The translations under genes were made by a program, and so were the position numbers. Below, one piece after another: positions 1 to 9,359 of a stretch of 64,000 nt of DNA. This DNA is from Candidatus Levybacteria bacterium RIFCSPHIGHO2_02_FULL_40_18 (GTDB lineage: Bacteria; Patescibacteriota; Microgenomatia; Levybacterales; GWA1-39-11). The stretch is taken from contig MFOC01000002.1 of NCBI GenBank assembly GCA_001782235.1, positions 106,912-170,911 of the forward strand. The letters are read 5' to 3'. The notes below the pieces were generated by a model. It saw nothing but the letters and a program-made list of their open reading frames with translations. It made no database searches and was not told where the DNA came from. Position 1 is the first letter of the stretch. Each line of letters begins with the position of its first letter.

Positions 1-890
1 TGTCTTTTGTTGCAACATCAAATTCCATTATTATGGCAGACGGCATCCCAGTTTTTGTAGATGTCGAAAAAGACACGGGGAATATTGACGCCAATCTTAT
101 CGAAAAAGCTGTAACCCGCAAAACTCGCGCCATAATGCCGGTCCATCTTTACGGACAAATGGTTGACATGAAAAAGATATTTGCTATCGCAAAAAAACAC
201 AAACTCGTGGTGATTGAGGATGCGGCTCATGCGCTTGAGGCAAAAAGAGACGGCTTTCGACCCGGACAAAAAACAAGTTTTGCATGCTTCAGTTTTTATG
301 CAACCAAAAGTATAGCATCAGGTGAAGGAGGAGCTTTTGTTTGTGATAATAAGACAATCGCAAAATTAATAAAAAAACTAAGATCCCACGGCATAACAAG
401 CGAGTTAGCGCAGCGTGTACGGACAGGACTTAAGACATATGACGTAGACATCCTTGGCTGGAAATATAATATGGATAATATTCAGGCTGCTCTTCTTATT
501 CCTCAAGTTAAAAAAATAGAAAGAGAATGGAAAGCAAGAGAAGGGGTTGCAAAAATATATAGACAGGCCTTCAAAAAGATTGGAATTGACATGCCTCGTG
601 AATACAAAAACTCAAAACATGGAAGACATATATTCCCAATTTGGGTAAGTCCTGAAAAGCGCGACAAAATATTAGAGTACATTAACAAGCATGGGGTGGG
701 GGCAGTAATCAATTATCCAGCTATTCATCTTTTTTCTTACTATAGAAAGCGATTCGGATATAAGGAAGGTATGTTTCCACACACCGAAAGGATTGCATTA
801 TCCGAGATCTCTATTCCTCTCTATTCAAAACTAGCTGATAAAGAGATAAATTACGTTATTAAAGTAGTGTCCCAAGCTGTAAAGGCCTAA
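1..890 (+). CDS. DegT/DnrJ/EryC1/StrS-family PLP-dependent sugar aminotransferase, 5'-truncated at the window edge
   Basis: Frame stays open back to nt 3 (SFVATSNSII precedes the first ATG). Motifs FVATSNSI, GIPVFVDV, AAHALEA and YNMDNIQAAL are typical of DegT-family aminotransferases. Confidence 0.8.
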   Translation, partial: SFVATSNSIIMADGIPVFVDVEKDTGNIDANLIEKAVTRKTRAIMPVHLYGQMVDMKKIFAIAKKHKLVVIEDAAHALEAKRDGFRPGQKTSFACFSFYATKSIASGEGGAFVCDNKTIAKLIKKLRSHGITSELAQRVRTGLKTYDVDILGWKYNMDNIQAALLIPQVKKIEREWKAREGVAKIYRQAFKKIGIDMPREYKNSKHGRHIFPIWVSPEKRDKILEYINKHGVGAVINYPAIHLFSYYRKRFGYKEGMFPHTERIALSEISIPLYSKLADKEINYVIKVVSQAVKA

Positions 891-1642
891 CTCTTTTTGG
901 CTCGAAGCGCAATTTGAATATATCCGGGACCGGCTATATCTTTCTCCATAGTTTTCTCAATATATGAAATATTTGGCATTTTTGTTCTTAACACATGTTT
1001 GAAAAAATAAAAGGACAAGGCATAAAAAGACGAAAAAAAAGAACCTCGATGCAATATCTTTTCTACCTTAAATCCGGAGTCTTTCAACATCGACAAGAGC
1101 GAATTATCGCTGTAATGCCTATGGCTGGCGAGAAAATACGCAGGATCAAATACTTTACTTAATATATTAGAATGTGGAGTTGCCAAAAATAGATAACCGC
1201 CCTTTTTTAATACTCTATTTATTTCCTGCATGGTTGCAAGTTCGTATCCTGCTGGAATATGTTCGATAACATCAAAAAAACAAACGACATCGAAGGTTCC
1301 ATCGCGAAAGGGAAGCTTGTGTGAAACCGCTTTGACAGTTGCGACTTTTGGTAAATTTCTCTTTAAAACTTTTAATGCACGTTCTTCAATATCAACAGCA
1401 GTAATTTCTTTTGCTAAGTCATAGATTAATATTTCAAATGGACCTGTCCAGGATCCTATATCAAGAACTTTTTTCCCTTTAATATAATCTTTGGCAAAAG
1501 AAAAATAAAACTTATGTTCTCCTTTTGCTTCTGCCTTGTCAATCTTCCGAAAGAAGGTCATTAATCTCTGATTTTGAGTTTTCATAAAATGCCACTTTAC
1601 GATTGTTTTGAGATTATAATATAATCTCACAAAGCCGTGCAA
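887..1642 (-). CDS. class I SAM-dependent methyltransferase
   Basis: VLDIGSWTGPFE (motif I) and LKKGGYLFLATP (post-I); 251 aa. Confidence 0.7.
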   Translation of the reverse strand: MHGFVRLYYNLKTIVKWHFMKTQNQRLMTFFRKIDKAEAKGEHKFYFSFAKDYIKGKKVLDIGSWTGPFEILIYDLAKEITAVDIEERALKVLKRNLPKVATVKAVSHKLPFRDGTFDVVCFFDVIEHIPAGYELATMQEINRVLKKGGYLFLATPHSNILSKVFDPAYFLASHRHYSDNSLLSMLKDSGFKVEKILHRGSFFSSFYALSFYFFKHVLRTKMPNISYIEKTMEKDIAGPGYIQIALRAKKS

Positions 1643-3124
1643 TATTTATTAAGTTTAATTTTCCCGTTAATATCTTATTTGCTACAAACGTACCCCCGAT
1701 TTTTTAATAAGTATTTCGGGGTCGATGTTTGGACAAGGCTTCTTGAAGTAAGAATAATCAGAAAGAATCATTTTAGAATTCCCGCGAGACCAATTAAAAA
1801 AGGTTTTATATTTAAAGGCTATTTTGATTACCCCCCTGTCTTTATTCTACTTCTTTCGCTTCTTGGCACAAAAAACCTTGAAAAATATCAGGGGTTAATA
1901 TCCCCATTCTTTGACGCGCTTCTCAACATATTTGTTTTTTTTGTAGCAATTCAATTAACAGGCAATTTATACATCGCGCTAATTTCTCAACTCATTTACA
2001 CCCTCACTCCCATTGTGGCGATTGAAAACTCTTCCCTCGTCCCAAGGTCGATCGGTTATCTTTTATTCTCTATTTCATTTTATTCGCTTCTTATGTATTC
2101 AACTTCATCTTTTAAACAAAGCGAATTTTTATTTCTGGGAATTATTTTTTCTACATTAACTATTCTAACTCATCGATTCGCTACCCAGTCTCTTCTTTTT
2201 ATAAGTATATTTTTTGCTTTTTTAGAAAGAAATCCAATATACATTTATGTCTTTGGTTTATCTATGATACTTGCAGTTGTACTTAGCCGTGGATACTATT
2301 TGCGGGTCTTAAAAGTTCATATTACAAACATAATTTTTTGGAGTAAAAATAGCGATAATCGATTCGCACATCAAGTGTATGGTCATTTACCTCCTGATAA
2401 AAATCCAGATTTAGTCGGTGTTATCTATAAACTTCTCACAAAACTTGCTCCACTTACGCTTCTCGTATCTAATATTTGGATACTTTCTGCCTTTATATTT
2501 TTTATAGTAAGAATACCAAATCCGGTCATGATGGAAAAAATGGCAATTTGGGGAATATTTTTTTACATTTTGGCTATTCTTGTTCTTATGAATAAGTATT
2601 TGATACCGATAGGTGAGGGGTATAGATATCTTGAAATGACACAACTACCAACATCCATATTATCAGCTTACATTTTCATTTATTTTTATAATTCACCATT
2701 GCGTATTTACGCAATTATCATTCTTTTAACATTGCTTGTAGGTTGTTTTTTCATAATTCTAATTGTTCAATATAAAGCAGTTATAAAAGATAAAAACAGA
2801 AGTCTTACAGGGGATATGAAAAATACTTTTAAATTTATTAATAAGCTTAAGGGAACTCCAAGAATTATGTGTCTTCCTCACCAAATAACAACGATGGTTG
2901 CTTATAATACAAAGGCGGATATATTGGTAGGAATTGATAGCTACTCAGTTAAATTTATGGGTGACTTTTATCCAGTCTTAAAAAAGCCCGTTTCTGAATT
3001 AGCCAAAAAATACAAGCTCGATTATTTATTCTTAAGAGAAAGTTTTGCGAAGTTAAAAGATTTAAAAATAAAGAATGCCAAAGTGGTATATAAAAGCGGC
3101 GACATAGTTCTCGTAAAATTGTAA
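1637..3124 (+). CDS. polytopic membrane protein of a ~490-aa family, paralog of 6558..8033
   Basis: More than 10 hydrophobic segments. Shares N-terminal YPRF..GVD.WT.LL...DYPPVFI..LS and C-terminal CxPHQITT...L(V)KL blocks with 6558..8033. Confidence 0.5.
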   Translation: MQYLLSLIFPLISYLLQTYPRFFNKYFGVDVWTRLLEVRIIRKNHFRIPARPIKKGFIFKGYFDYPPVFILLLSLLGTKNLEKYQGLISPFFDALLNIFVFFVAIQLTGNLYIALISQLIYTLTPIVAIENSSLVPRSIGYLLFSISFYSLLMYSTSSFKQSEFLFLGIIFSTLTILTHRFATQSLLFISIFFAFLERNPIYIYVFGLSMILAVVLSRGYYLRVLKVHITNIIFWSKNSDNRFAHQVYGHLPPDKNPDLVGVIYKLLTKLAPLTLLVSNIWILSAFIFFIVRIPNPVMMEKMAIWGIFFYILAILVLMNKYLIPIGEGYRYLEMTQLPTSILSAYIFIYFYNSPLRIYAIIILLTLLVGCFFIILIVQYKAVIKDKNRSLTGDMKNTFKFINKLKGTPRIMCLPHQITTMVAYNTKADILVGIDSYSVKFMGDFYPVLKKPVSELAKKYKLDYLFLRESFAKLKDLKIKNAKVVYKSGDIVLVKL

Positions 3125-3943
3125 CTACTTTTTCTTCACAACCATAATAAATCCTTTGGACAATAACCAAAAAAGAGGCGCCTTTTTGATGAGCCATATC
3201 CCGCCATGCTTAAGTAAGGTATTCATTCCGGTTCGTCTCCCGCAACCTATATATATCGCGTTTGGCGCGGGAACAGGAAAATAATAATCACAATTAAAAT
3301 TGTCGAATAGTCTTCTCATACCAAAGTAGGTTCGCGAATAGGAGCTTTCTTGATAAGATTCACCCCTACCTGTAATTTTTAAATAAAGATTAGCCAAAGA
3401 AAGCGGCAACCAGCTAAGAAAAGGCAGCTCATAATGTGGTTCAATAGGCCACAATTTATTGGGGGCAGTTACGTAAAGAATAGCCCCGGGCTTCATGATT
3501 CGAAAAACATTCTTAAAAGATTTTTCTTGATGCGGCATGTGCTCGAGTGTGGTAAGACTTATTGCAAGATCAAATTTTTCTTTTCCTTTATAATCTTCGA
3601 TCAAGCTGTTGACGAATTTTACGTTCGAACGCCTGTTCATCCTTATGGCTTTTTCATAGGCGCCTTTAAATGGCTCAACTCCTACTACTTTTTTAACAAA
3701 TTTGGCAAGTTCCTGCGAATATAGACCGAAGCCTGAGCCTATATCAAGAACTGTTAAATCTTTCGTGGATTTTCCAAGTTCCTTCTCTGCAACTAATAGT
3801 ATATCTTCAATAGTCCCTTCAATAGCGGCATGAGGTACGCTCGTTTCGTCCGTCAAATTAAGGTATTTACTTCTATTCTTTGCCATATATTTTGTTTTCT
3901 CTGCTAAACACTCCAAAAAACTCCTGTTCTGTGCCGCGTGCAA
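3125..3943 (-). CDS. class I SAM-dependent methyltransferase
   Basis: VLDIGSGFGLYS and MKPGAILYVTAPN. The true start may be the internal Met near 3886, which reduces the overlap with the upstream gene. Confidence 0.7.
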   Translation of the reverse strand: MHAAQNRSFLECLAEKTKYMAKNRSKYLNLTDETSVPHAAIEGTIEDILLVAEKELGKSTKDLTVLDIGSGFGLYSQELAKFVKKVVGVEPFKGAYEKAIRMNRRSNVKFVNSLIEDYKGKEKFDLAISLTTLEHMPHQEKSFKNVFRIMKPGAILYVTAPNKLWPIEPHYELPFLSWLPLSLANLYLKITGRGESYQESSYSRTYFGMRRLFDNFNCDYYFPVPAPNAIYIGCGRRTGMNTLLKHGGIWLIKKAPLFWLLSKGFIMVVKKK

Positions 3944-4565
3944 GCGCTTCTTTTTTAAATTTTCCGATATCCCAAGCAGCTCTTTTTATTTCTACTTTAT
4001 TCGAATTAGTATCCCAAATGGCATATGAAAGTAAGTTGTAGTCGCGAGGTTGTCCGCAAGAACCGGGGTTTATAATGGTTTTTTTGCCGACTTTTCGAAC
4101 AAGAGGATAATGGGTTTGGCCAAGAATTATAACGTCGAACGGAACTTGTTCAAATTCTTTAAAATTCGAAAAGTCAGGATAAATCCTGCCCCGCAGATAA
4201 TCCCACGGACTCCCATGGCACATCAAAATTTTTTTGCCTTTTATTTTGAACTTAAGATTTATAGGGAGATTGAATAAATACTTTAAGCTCGAAGGCGAAA
4301 CTATCTTTTTCATGAATCGAACGGATTTTTTAACTTCGGGATTTGCACCTTCTGGAGCCTTCCCTTCCAAAAGGTATTGGTCATGATTCCCCAAAACAGA
4401 AATGACCTTATGCTCTTTTAAAAGAGATATAGACTCATCTACAAAGGGGTAATATCCTGAAATGTCGCCGGCACACAAAGTCTTATCGCATTTCGAAAGT
4501 TTAGACAAAACTATTTTCAATCCGTGGCTGTTCCCATGAATATCCGAAATTATTCCAATCTTCAT
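3873..4565 (-). CDS. metallophosphoesterase (calcineurin-like, YfcE/MJ0936-like)
   Basis: IISDIHGN, AGDISGYYP, LGNHD and CHGSPWD metal-ligand motifs. Confidence 0.75.
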   Translation of the reverse strand: MKIGIISDIHGNSHGLKIVLSKLSKCDKTLCAGDISGYYPFVDESISLLKEHKVISVLGNHDQYLLEGKAPEGANPEVKKSVRFMKKIVSPSSLKYLFNLPINLKFKIKGKKILMCHGSPWDYLRGRIYPDFSNFKEFEQVPFDVIILGQTHYPLVRKVGKKTIINPGSCGQPRDYNLLSYAIWDTNSNKVEIKRAAWDIGKFKKEALARGTEQEFFGVFSRENKIYGKE

Positions 4566-5452
4566 TTGATAGACTTTTTGTAATGCTCAAGTCCTGAACG
4601 TAAATCATATCTTGCTCTATAGCCCAATTCTTTCTCTGCTCTTTTAATATCAATGCCAAAGCTAAATTCTTGAGGTTTTTTGGAATCGTATTTGATGCGA
4701 GATGAGGAACCGAAAACACCAATAATTGTTTCTGCCAGATATCTCATCGTCGTCTTTTCTCCACTTCCAATATTAAAAACTCCCGTGGTCCCCTTTTTTG
4801 CTGCGAGTATATTGGCTTCTACAACATCATCCACATAAATATAGTCTTGACTGCGCGTCCCGTCTCCGTAAAGGAAAATGTCCTCATTCTTCTGTGCGCG
4901 TTCAATAAAAATCGGAAGTGCTGTCCGCTGAGTAAGACCCGGACCATAAACTGAGGCATAACGGAGCACAGTTATCGCAAGGCCGTGAAGCGAAGAAAAC
5001 ATAGTACAATAATTTTCAGCGGTTAATTTACTGACTCCATAAACAATGATGGGATTAAGCGGACTATCTTCATGTGCTATTCTACGTCTTGGTCTGCCAT
5101 AAACTGTCACGGAAGAACTATGTATTAATCTCTTTATTCCCCGTTCCACCATAAGCTCCAGAATATTTAGGGCTCCTATTGCATTAACAAGTAGGCACTT
5201 TAATGCGTCATCGGTCGCATAACCGGTTGCTATATGGGCAGCCATATTGAAAACTACATCAAACTCTCCTTTTATTCTTGAGAATTCTTCTTTTTTTGAA
5301 ATATCAACTGATACATGATGATATTTTTTGGAATGAATATCTTTTTTGTTATTCCCACTTGAAACTCCTGTTACATCCGCTCCTTCCTTAAGAAGCTTTT
5401 GAACCAAATGAGATCCGATTAATCCTGTTGCACCAAAAACAAGCGCCTTCAT
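4562..5452 (-). CDS. NAD-dependent epimerase/dehydratase (extended SDR)
   Basis: N-terminal FGATGLIGSHLV Rossmann motif and YGVSKLTAE catalytic YxxxK. Confidence 0.75.
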   Translation of the reverse strand: MKALVFGATGLIGSHLVQKLLKEGADVTGVSSGNNKKDIHSKKYHHVSVDISKKEEFSRIKGEFDVVFNMAAHIATGYATDDALKCLLVNAIGALNILELMVERGIKRLIHSSSVTVYGRPRRRIAHEDSPLNPIIVYGVSKLTAENYCTMFSSLHGLAITVLRYASVYGPGLTQRTALPIFIERAQKNEDIFLYGDGTRSQDYIYVDDVVEANILAAKKGTTGVFNIGSGEKTTMRYLAETIIGVFGSSSRIKYDSKKPQEFSFGIDIKRAEKELGYRARYDLRSGLEHYKKSIK

Positions 5453-6534
5453 AAAGTTTGTTTTATTTGATTATAATTTTTGATAGGAACAACTGCGTTG
5501 GCAAATTTTCGAATTACTGCATAGCCTAATCTATGTGGAACCTTCTTGACTCTTTCTATGCCTAGAAAGTCGCGAATTAAAATGTGTGGTTCATTAAAAC
5601 CCATCTCTGCCCTCATTGAGGCAGAACCTGAAAATCTTGGGTGAACCTCAAAAATGTAAACACCTTTTTTTCCTTTCCTACATTGAATATTAAATGGGCC
5701 ACGCGCCCCTAAACGCCTTGCCGCTAATTCGCAAGTTTTTTTCACTTTTGGTTCGTTAACAAAAAAACCTTGAGAATAACCAGTAGACAAAACATAATTC
5801 CTAGGGCCAATTTTTCTCTCCTCACCTCTTGAAAATCCAATAAGACGTCTTTTCATGACAATAGTATCAATTATTCTTCCGTCTTTGCCACACAAAACTC
5901 CCACAGTATATTCATGATCCTCATCGGAAACATATTCTTGCGCGAGCATTTTTATTCCTTCTCGCCTAAATTTTTTTAAAACTTCCGAAAGCTCGGCTTT
6001 ATCTTTGACAATATGTACATTTCTTGATCCACTTGTTTCACCGCGGGGTTTAACGATTAAAGGGAAGCGTATGGAAGAGGCATCGGAGAGTAATTTAATT
6101 TCTCGTGTTTCAGGAGTCAAGAGATTATTTTTTTTTAGTAGGTTATAGACGTCGAGTTTATCATATGTCGCCTCAACTAAAGAGTGGGAATTGGTAATAG
6201 GAACTACTCCTTCCTTGAGTAAATCGTTCTCGTATTTTGCGACTGCTAATATCTCCGGGATTGATCCCGGAAGAACAACATCTACTTTTTCTTTCTTGCA
6301 TATTTTAATTAGAGAAGGAAGATATTTTTTGGATGAGGAAGGAGGCAACAAACATCCGCGGTCTGCCTCGTATAGTCCTGCGGCGAAAGGATCCGCGTCA
6401 GTCGCAACAATTCTATAGTTTTTTGGAAACTTTTTTAGGCACTCAAATATCTGGTACCCAACCGATCTTCCCCCAACAGCAGTAACCAATGCGGTTAGTT
6501 TTTGTTTTTGATTGTCTCGCATATATTGTTCCAC
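5449..6534 (-). CDS. ATP-grasp domain enzyme
   Basis: 361 aa with ATP-grasp-like blocks (LIVKPRGETSGSRNVHIV, EYTVGVL, FNIQC..GKKGVYIFEVHPRFSGS). Sits inside a sugar-modification operon. Confidence 0.6.
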   Translation of the reverse strand: MEQYMRDNQKQKLTALVTAVGGRSVGYQIFECLKKFPKNYRIVATDADPFAAGLYEADRGCLLPPSSSKKYLPSLIKICKKEKVDVVLPGSIPEILAVAKYENDLLKEGVVPITNSHSLVEATYDKLDVYNLLKKNNLLTPETREIKLLSDASSIRFPLIVKPRGETSGSRNVHIVKDKAELSEVLKKFRREGIKMLAQEYVSDEDHEYTVGVLCGKDGRIIDTIVMKRRLIGFSRGEERKIGPRNYVLSTGYSQGFFVNEPKVKKTCELAARRLGARGPFNIQCRKGKKGVYIFEVHPRFSGSASMRAEMGFNEPHILIRDFLGIERVKKVPHRLGYAVIRKFANAVVPIKNYNQIKQTL

Positions 6535-6557
6535 ATTATATATAAACGTGATTATTT

Positions 6558-8033
6558 TTACAATTTAAGCAAAACAAAATTTTCAACTTCATGAACTTTT
6601 TTATAATGCCCGATTTTAAGATCTGAAATGGTGGCATAGTCTTGATTTAGGAGAATCATATCAAGATTGTGGTCTTTCATGATTTCCCGAAGTGGTTTGC
6701 GTATATAGGGATAGACATCGGAAATTTTATCAATTGTTGTGTAGCTTGCGTTAACATATACCGGACAGCCGGTGTGATAAATGGTATTTGTGGTTATCTG
6801 ATGCGGAATACAAAGCAATCGAGGCTTAGTTTTTAAGGATTTTAAGTAGGCGAACATTTTTTTCATCTCGGGGGTTAAGGTTCGCAGTTTTTCATTTATT
6901 ATTGCTTTTCGCTGAATAACAACTATGGTAACCAGTGCTAAGACTCCAATAATCGAATAGAGAACGGCAAGGGGTAACCCAATGTTAGAATTTATTTTCG
7001 AAACTAAAAAGTTCGAAGTCAAAAATGCTGCAGGAAATGCTGAAAGTTCTAAATATCTCTGCCCTTCTCCCAAAAAGCGAAGATTTGGAACCCATATTGT
7101 CAGAAGTGCAAGAATGTAAGATATTACAACCCAAAGAGTCATAAGGGAAAAGACCGGATTTCCCTGAAACTCGAATATAAAAACATATAGGACGAATAAA
7201 ACCCAAGGACTGGTTATTTCTAAAACAAATGGAGGAAATTGGAGAAATCTATTGTATATACGAAAAATAAAGTCACGATTTTCATGATGCCCTATATTCC
7301 CTTTCACTTGATGAGCAAACCTATATTCAATATTTCTCCCCCAGAATTTTAAGTTACCAATATGGCCGCGAAGTACTTTGATGTAAAAACCCTTTGAAAG
7401 TAAAACTGCTGCTGCAAAACTTGTGAGGAAAACCAGGGAGAAAACTATATTCTGTTTAATAAAATCAAAAATAACGGCGAAGAACAGAAACCCCTGGGCG
7501 GTAAACCGATGTGTCAAAAAAATTATCGAGCCTGAGATTACTGCAAGAGCCAAAAATGCGGGGTTAGGATTTTGATAATAAAAGATAACGGACATCATAA
7601 GAATAGTAAATAATGTGTATCCAAGAGATCTGGGAGTAGCGCTTGAATTTTCAAGAATAATAATTGGGGTTAGGATGTATAAGAGTTGAGTCAATAAGGC
7701 AAGGAAAATGTTTGATGTCAAAATGTATACTATCCCAAAGATTATAATCAAATGAATAAAATCAAAAAACGGTGAGAATAAAAATTCATATTTCTCAACC
7801 AGTTTGAAAGGAAACTTTGATAGAATCCAAATAAAAACAGGGGGATAATCATAATCTCCCGGAACTAAAAACCCATTTTCAATTCTTCCGGGAATTCTTT
7901 TTTGCTTATGATATTCCTTAAGATAGAGAAGGTGTGTCCATATATCAACTCCATACTCTCGGTTTATAAAACGAGGATAAGATTCCAAAATGAAAGCTAC
8001 AAGGGCAAGAGGAATAGACAAAAGGAAAATCAT
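6558..8033 (-). CDS. polytopic membrane protein, inverted paralog of 1637..3124
   Basis: Shared N- and C-terminal blocks (YPRFINREYGVDIWTHLL; PRLLCIPHQITT...VLLKL). Confidence 0.5.
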   Translation of the reverse strand: MIFLLSIPLALVAFILESYPRFINREYGVDIWTHLLYLKEYHKQKRIPGRIENGFLVPGDYDYPPVFIWILSKFPFKLVEKYEFLFSPFFDFIHLIIIFGIVYILTSNIFLALLTQLLYILTPIIILENSSATPRSLGYTLFTILMMSVIFYYQNPNPAFLALAVISGSIIFLTHRFTAQGFLFFAVIFDFIKQNIVFSLVFLTSFAAAVLLSKGFYIKVLRGHIGNLKFWGRNIEYRFAHQVKGNIGHHENRDFIFRIYNRFLQFPPFVLEITSPWVLFVLYVFIFEFQGNPVFSLMTLWVVISYILALLTIWVPNLRFLGEGQRYLELSAFPAAFLTSNFLVSKINSNIGLPLAVLYSIIGVLALVTIVVIQRKAIINEKLRTLTPEMKKMFAYLKSLKTKPRLLCIPHQITTNTIYHTGCPVYVNASYTTIDKISDVYPYIRKPLREIMKDHNLDMILLNQDYATISDLKIGHYKKVHEVENFVLLKL

Positions 8034-9359
8034 TTACTGTTCATTATAAAGTATTACAGACCAAATATTGAGCATTATAAATGCTACCAACCAAGAGTAG
8101 GATACAAATTTCGAAATTCTTATTAGGGGCTTGGATGGTAAAAATAGTGGAACCAAACTTAATCCCCATCCCAGAATTATGAGGCGAAAAACAAAATAGG
8201 AAAACCCGAATGACACAGCCCAGGTATTTTGAAAAAGAGTTGTTCCGACGAGTACCAAAAAGAAGAATGTCAGGATTGGGTTCTTAATGAAATAATTACG
8301 AATAAAGAACGCGGTAGAAATTATGAGAAACGGATAGAACGGGTATTTGTACCATCCATGTCCTGCTTCATCCGGAATGCCGGTTAGGAAAATAACGAAA
8401 TAAGAAAGCAGGGCAAAAATTATGAAATAATGTTTCTTAATATCTGTTAATAAAAGGATGAGCGCAAACCAGCCAAAGTAGATCCACCCGTCAAGTAAAA
8501 ATCTGTCAACAAGCCATGGTTTTTGAAATATTGCATAGATACTTGCAAACGAAATGTCATATCGATTTAGTTGGAGCGCCCAAAGATCTAAAAATAACTT
8601 CGAATCAAAATAAACTCCATAAACTAGGTACAGCAGACCAATGGAAACAACAACCGAAACAAATCTGAATAGATCCTTGTATTTTTTAAGATAAAGAAAA
8701 ATTAGAACTATAGAACCGGTTGCTGCAATCCAAGGAATTTTTGACAAAATTAATAATCCACAAATAACCGCTGCAGTATTTCGGTATAACGAATTTTTTG
8801 TTTTGAGATATTTCGAAGTAAAAAGCAGGGCAAGCAGCCACATTGGAATAAAAAAGTTTTCATTTTGAACAATACGTGAACCTATAACAATTGTTGGGAT
8901 TGTCGCATAAAGAAGCGAGGCAATAAAGGCAGTTTTTCTATCATAAAGTTCGTTTACAAGCAGGTATACAAGGATGATGCTTGTCAATCCTAAAATAATC
9001 GCAAGCGGCCGAATGGTTCTGATGTCAACATCGTACATATCTTGTGCGCCATTAATTAACGCGAAAGATCCGGCTACTAATCCAAAGACTGGTGGATGCT
9101 CAAGGTAGGGCTTTACTAGGAAAAATGCTGCTCCTCTATAGGTTAAGTGTTCGCGATTTGTATATTGAGGCTGAGAGGACCAAGATATAGGCATTTGTTG
9201 CTGGATAAGATTTATCCCAAGCCAAGTCCAGGCATATTCGTCAAATGTCGCGCCTTCCCGCGGCCAAGTGTAAAGATTGTGACTTCGCAATAAAAATCCA
9301 AGAATAACAATAAGAGATAAAAGCACAAAGGGGAATAGTTTAACTTTTGCGATTCTCAT
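8034..9359 (-). CDS. GT-C-like polytopic membrane glycosyltransferase (ArnT/PMT-like), putative
   Basis: 441 aa, at least 11 TM segments, and an early periplasmic-loop FDEYAW motif reminiscent of the GT-C DE motif. Confidence 0.45.
   Translation of the reverse strand: MRIAKVKLFPFVLLSLIVILGFLLRSHNLYTWPREGATFDEYAWTWLGINLIQQQMPISWSSQPQYTNREHLTYRGAAFFLVKPYLEHPPVFGLVAGSFALINGAQDMYDVDIRTIRPLAIILGLTSIILVYLLVNELYDRKTAFIASLLYATIPTIVIGSRIVQNENFFIPMWLLALLFTSKYLKTKNSLYRNTAAVICGLLILSKIPWIAATGSIVLIFLYLKKYKDLFRFVSVVVSIGLLYLVYGVYFDSKLFLDLWALQLNRYDISFASIYAIFQKPWLVDRFLLDGWIYFGWFALILLLTDIKKHYFIIFALLSYFVIFLTGIPDEAGHGWYKYPFYPFLIISTAFFIRNYFIKNPILTFFFLVLVGTTLFQNTWAVSFGFSYFVFRLIILGWGLSLVPLFLPSKPLIRISKFVSYSWLVAFIMLNIWSVILYNEQ

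Noticed and set aside
18-3197. Short ORFs antisense to or nested in annotated genes (18..269, 503..712, 1230..1424, 2411..2644, 2955..3197), and similar ones throughout the track (e.g. 3434..3724, 6191..6418, 9679..9916, 12528..12764, 18392..18706, 21579..21821, 39411..39893, 43545..43976, 44232..44588, 51150..51703, 54518..55013, 57410..57802, 59000..59794)
   Set aside because: Each lies inside a longer ORF on the other strand or frame that has family motifs. The AT-rich, codon-biased sequence yields frequent spurious antisense ORFs, and none has an SD or promoter context.
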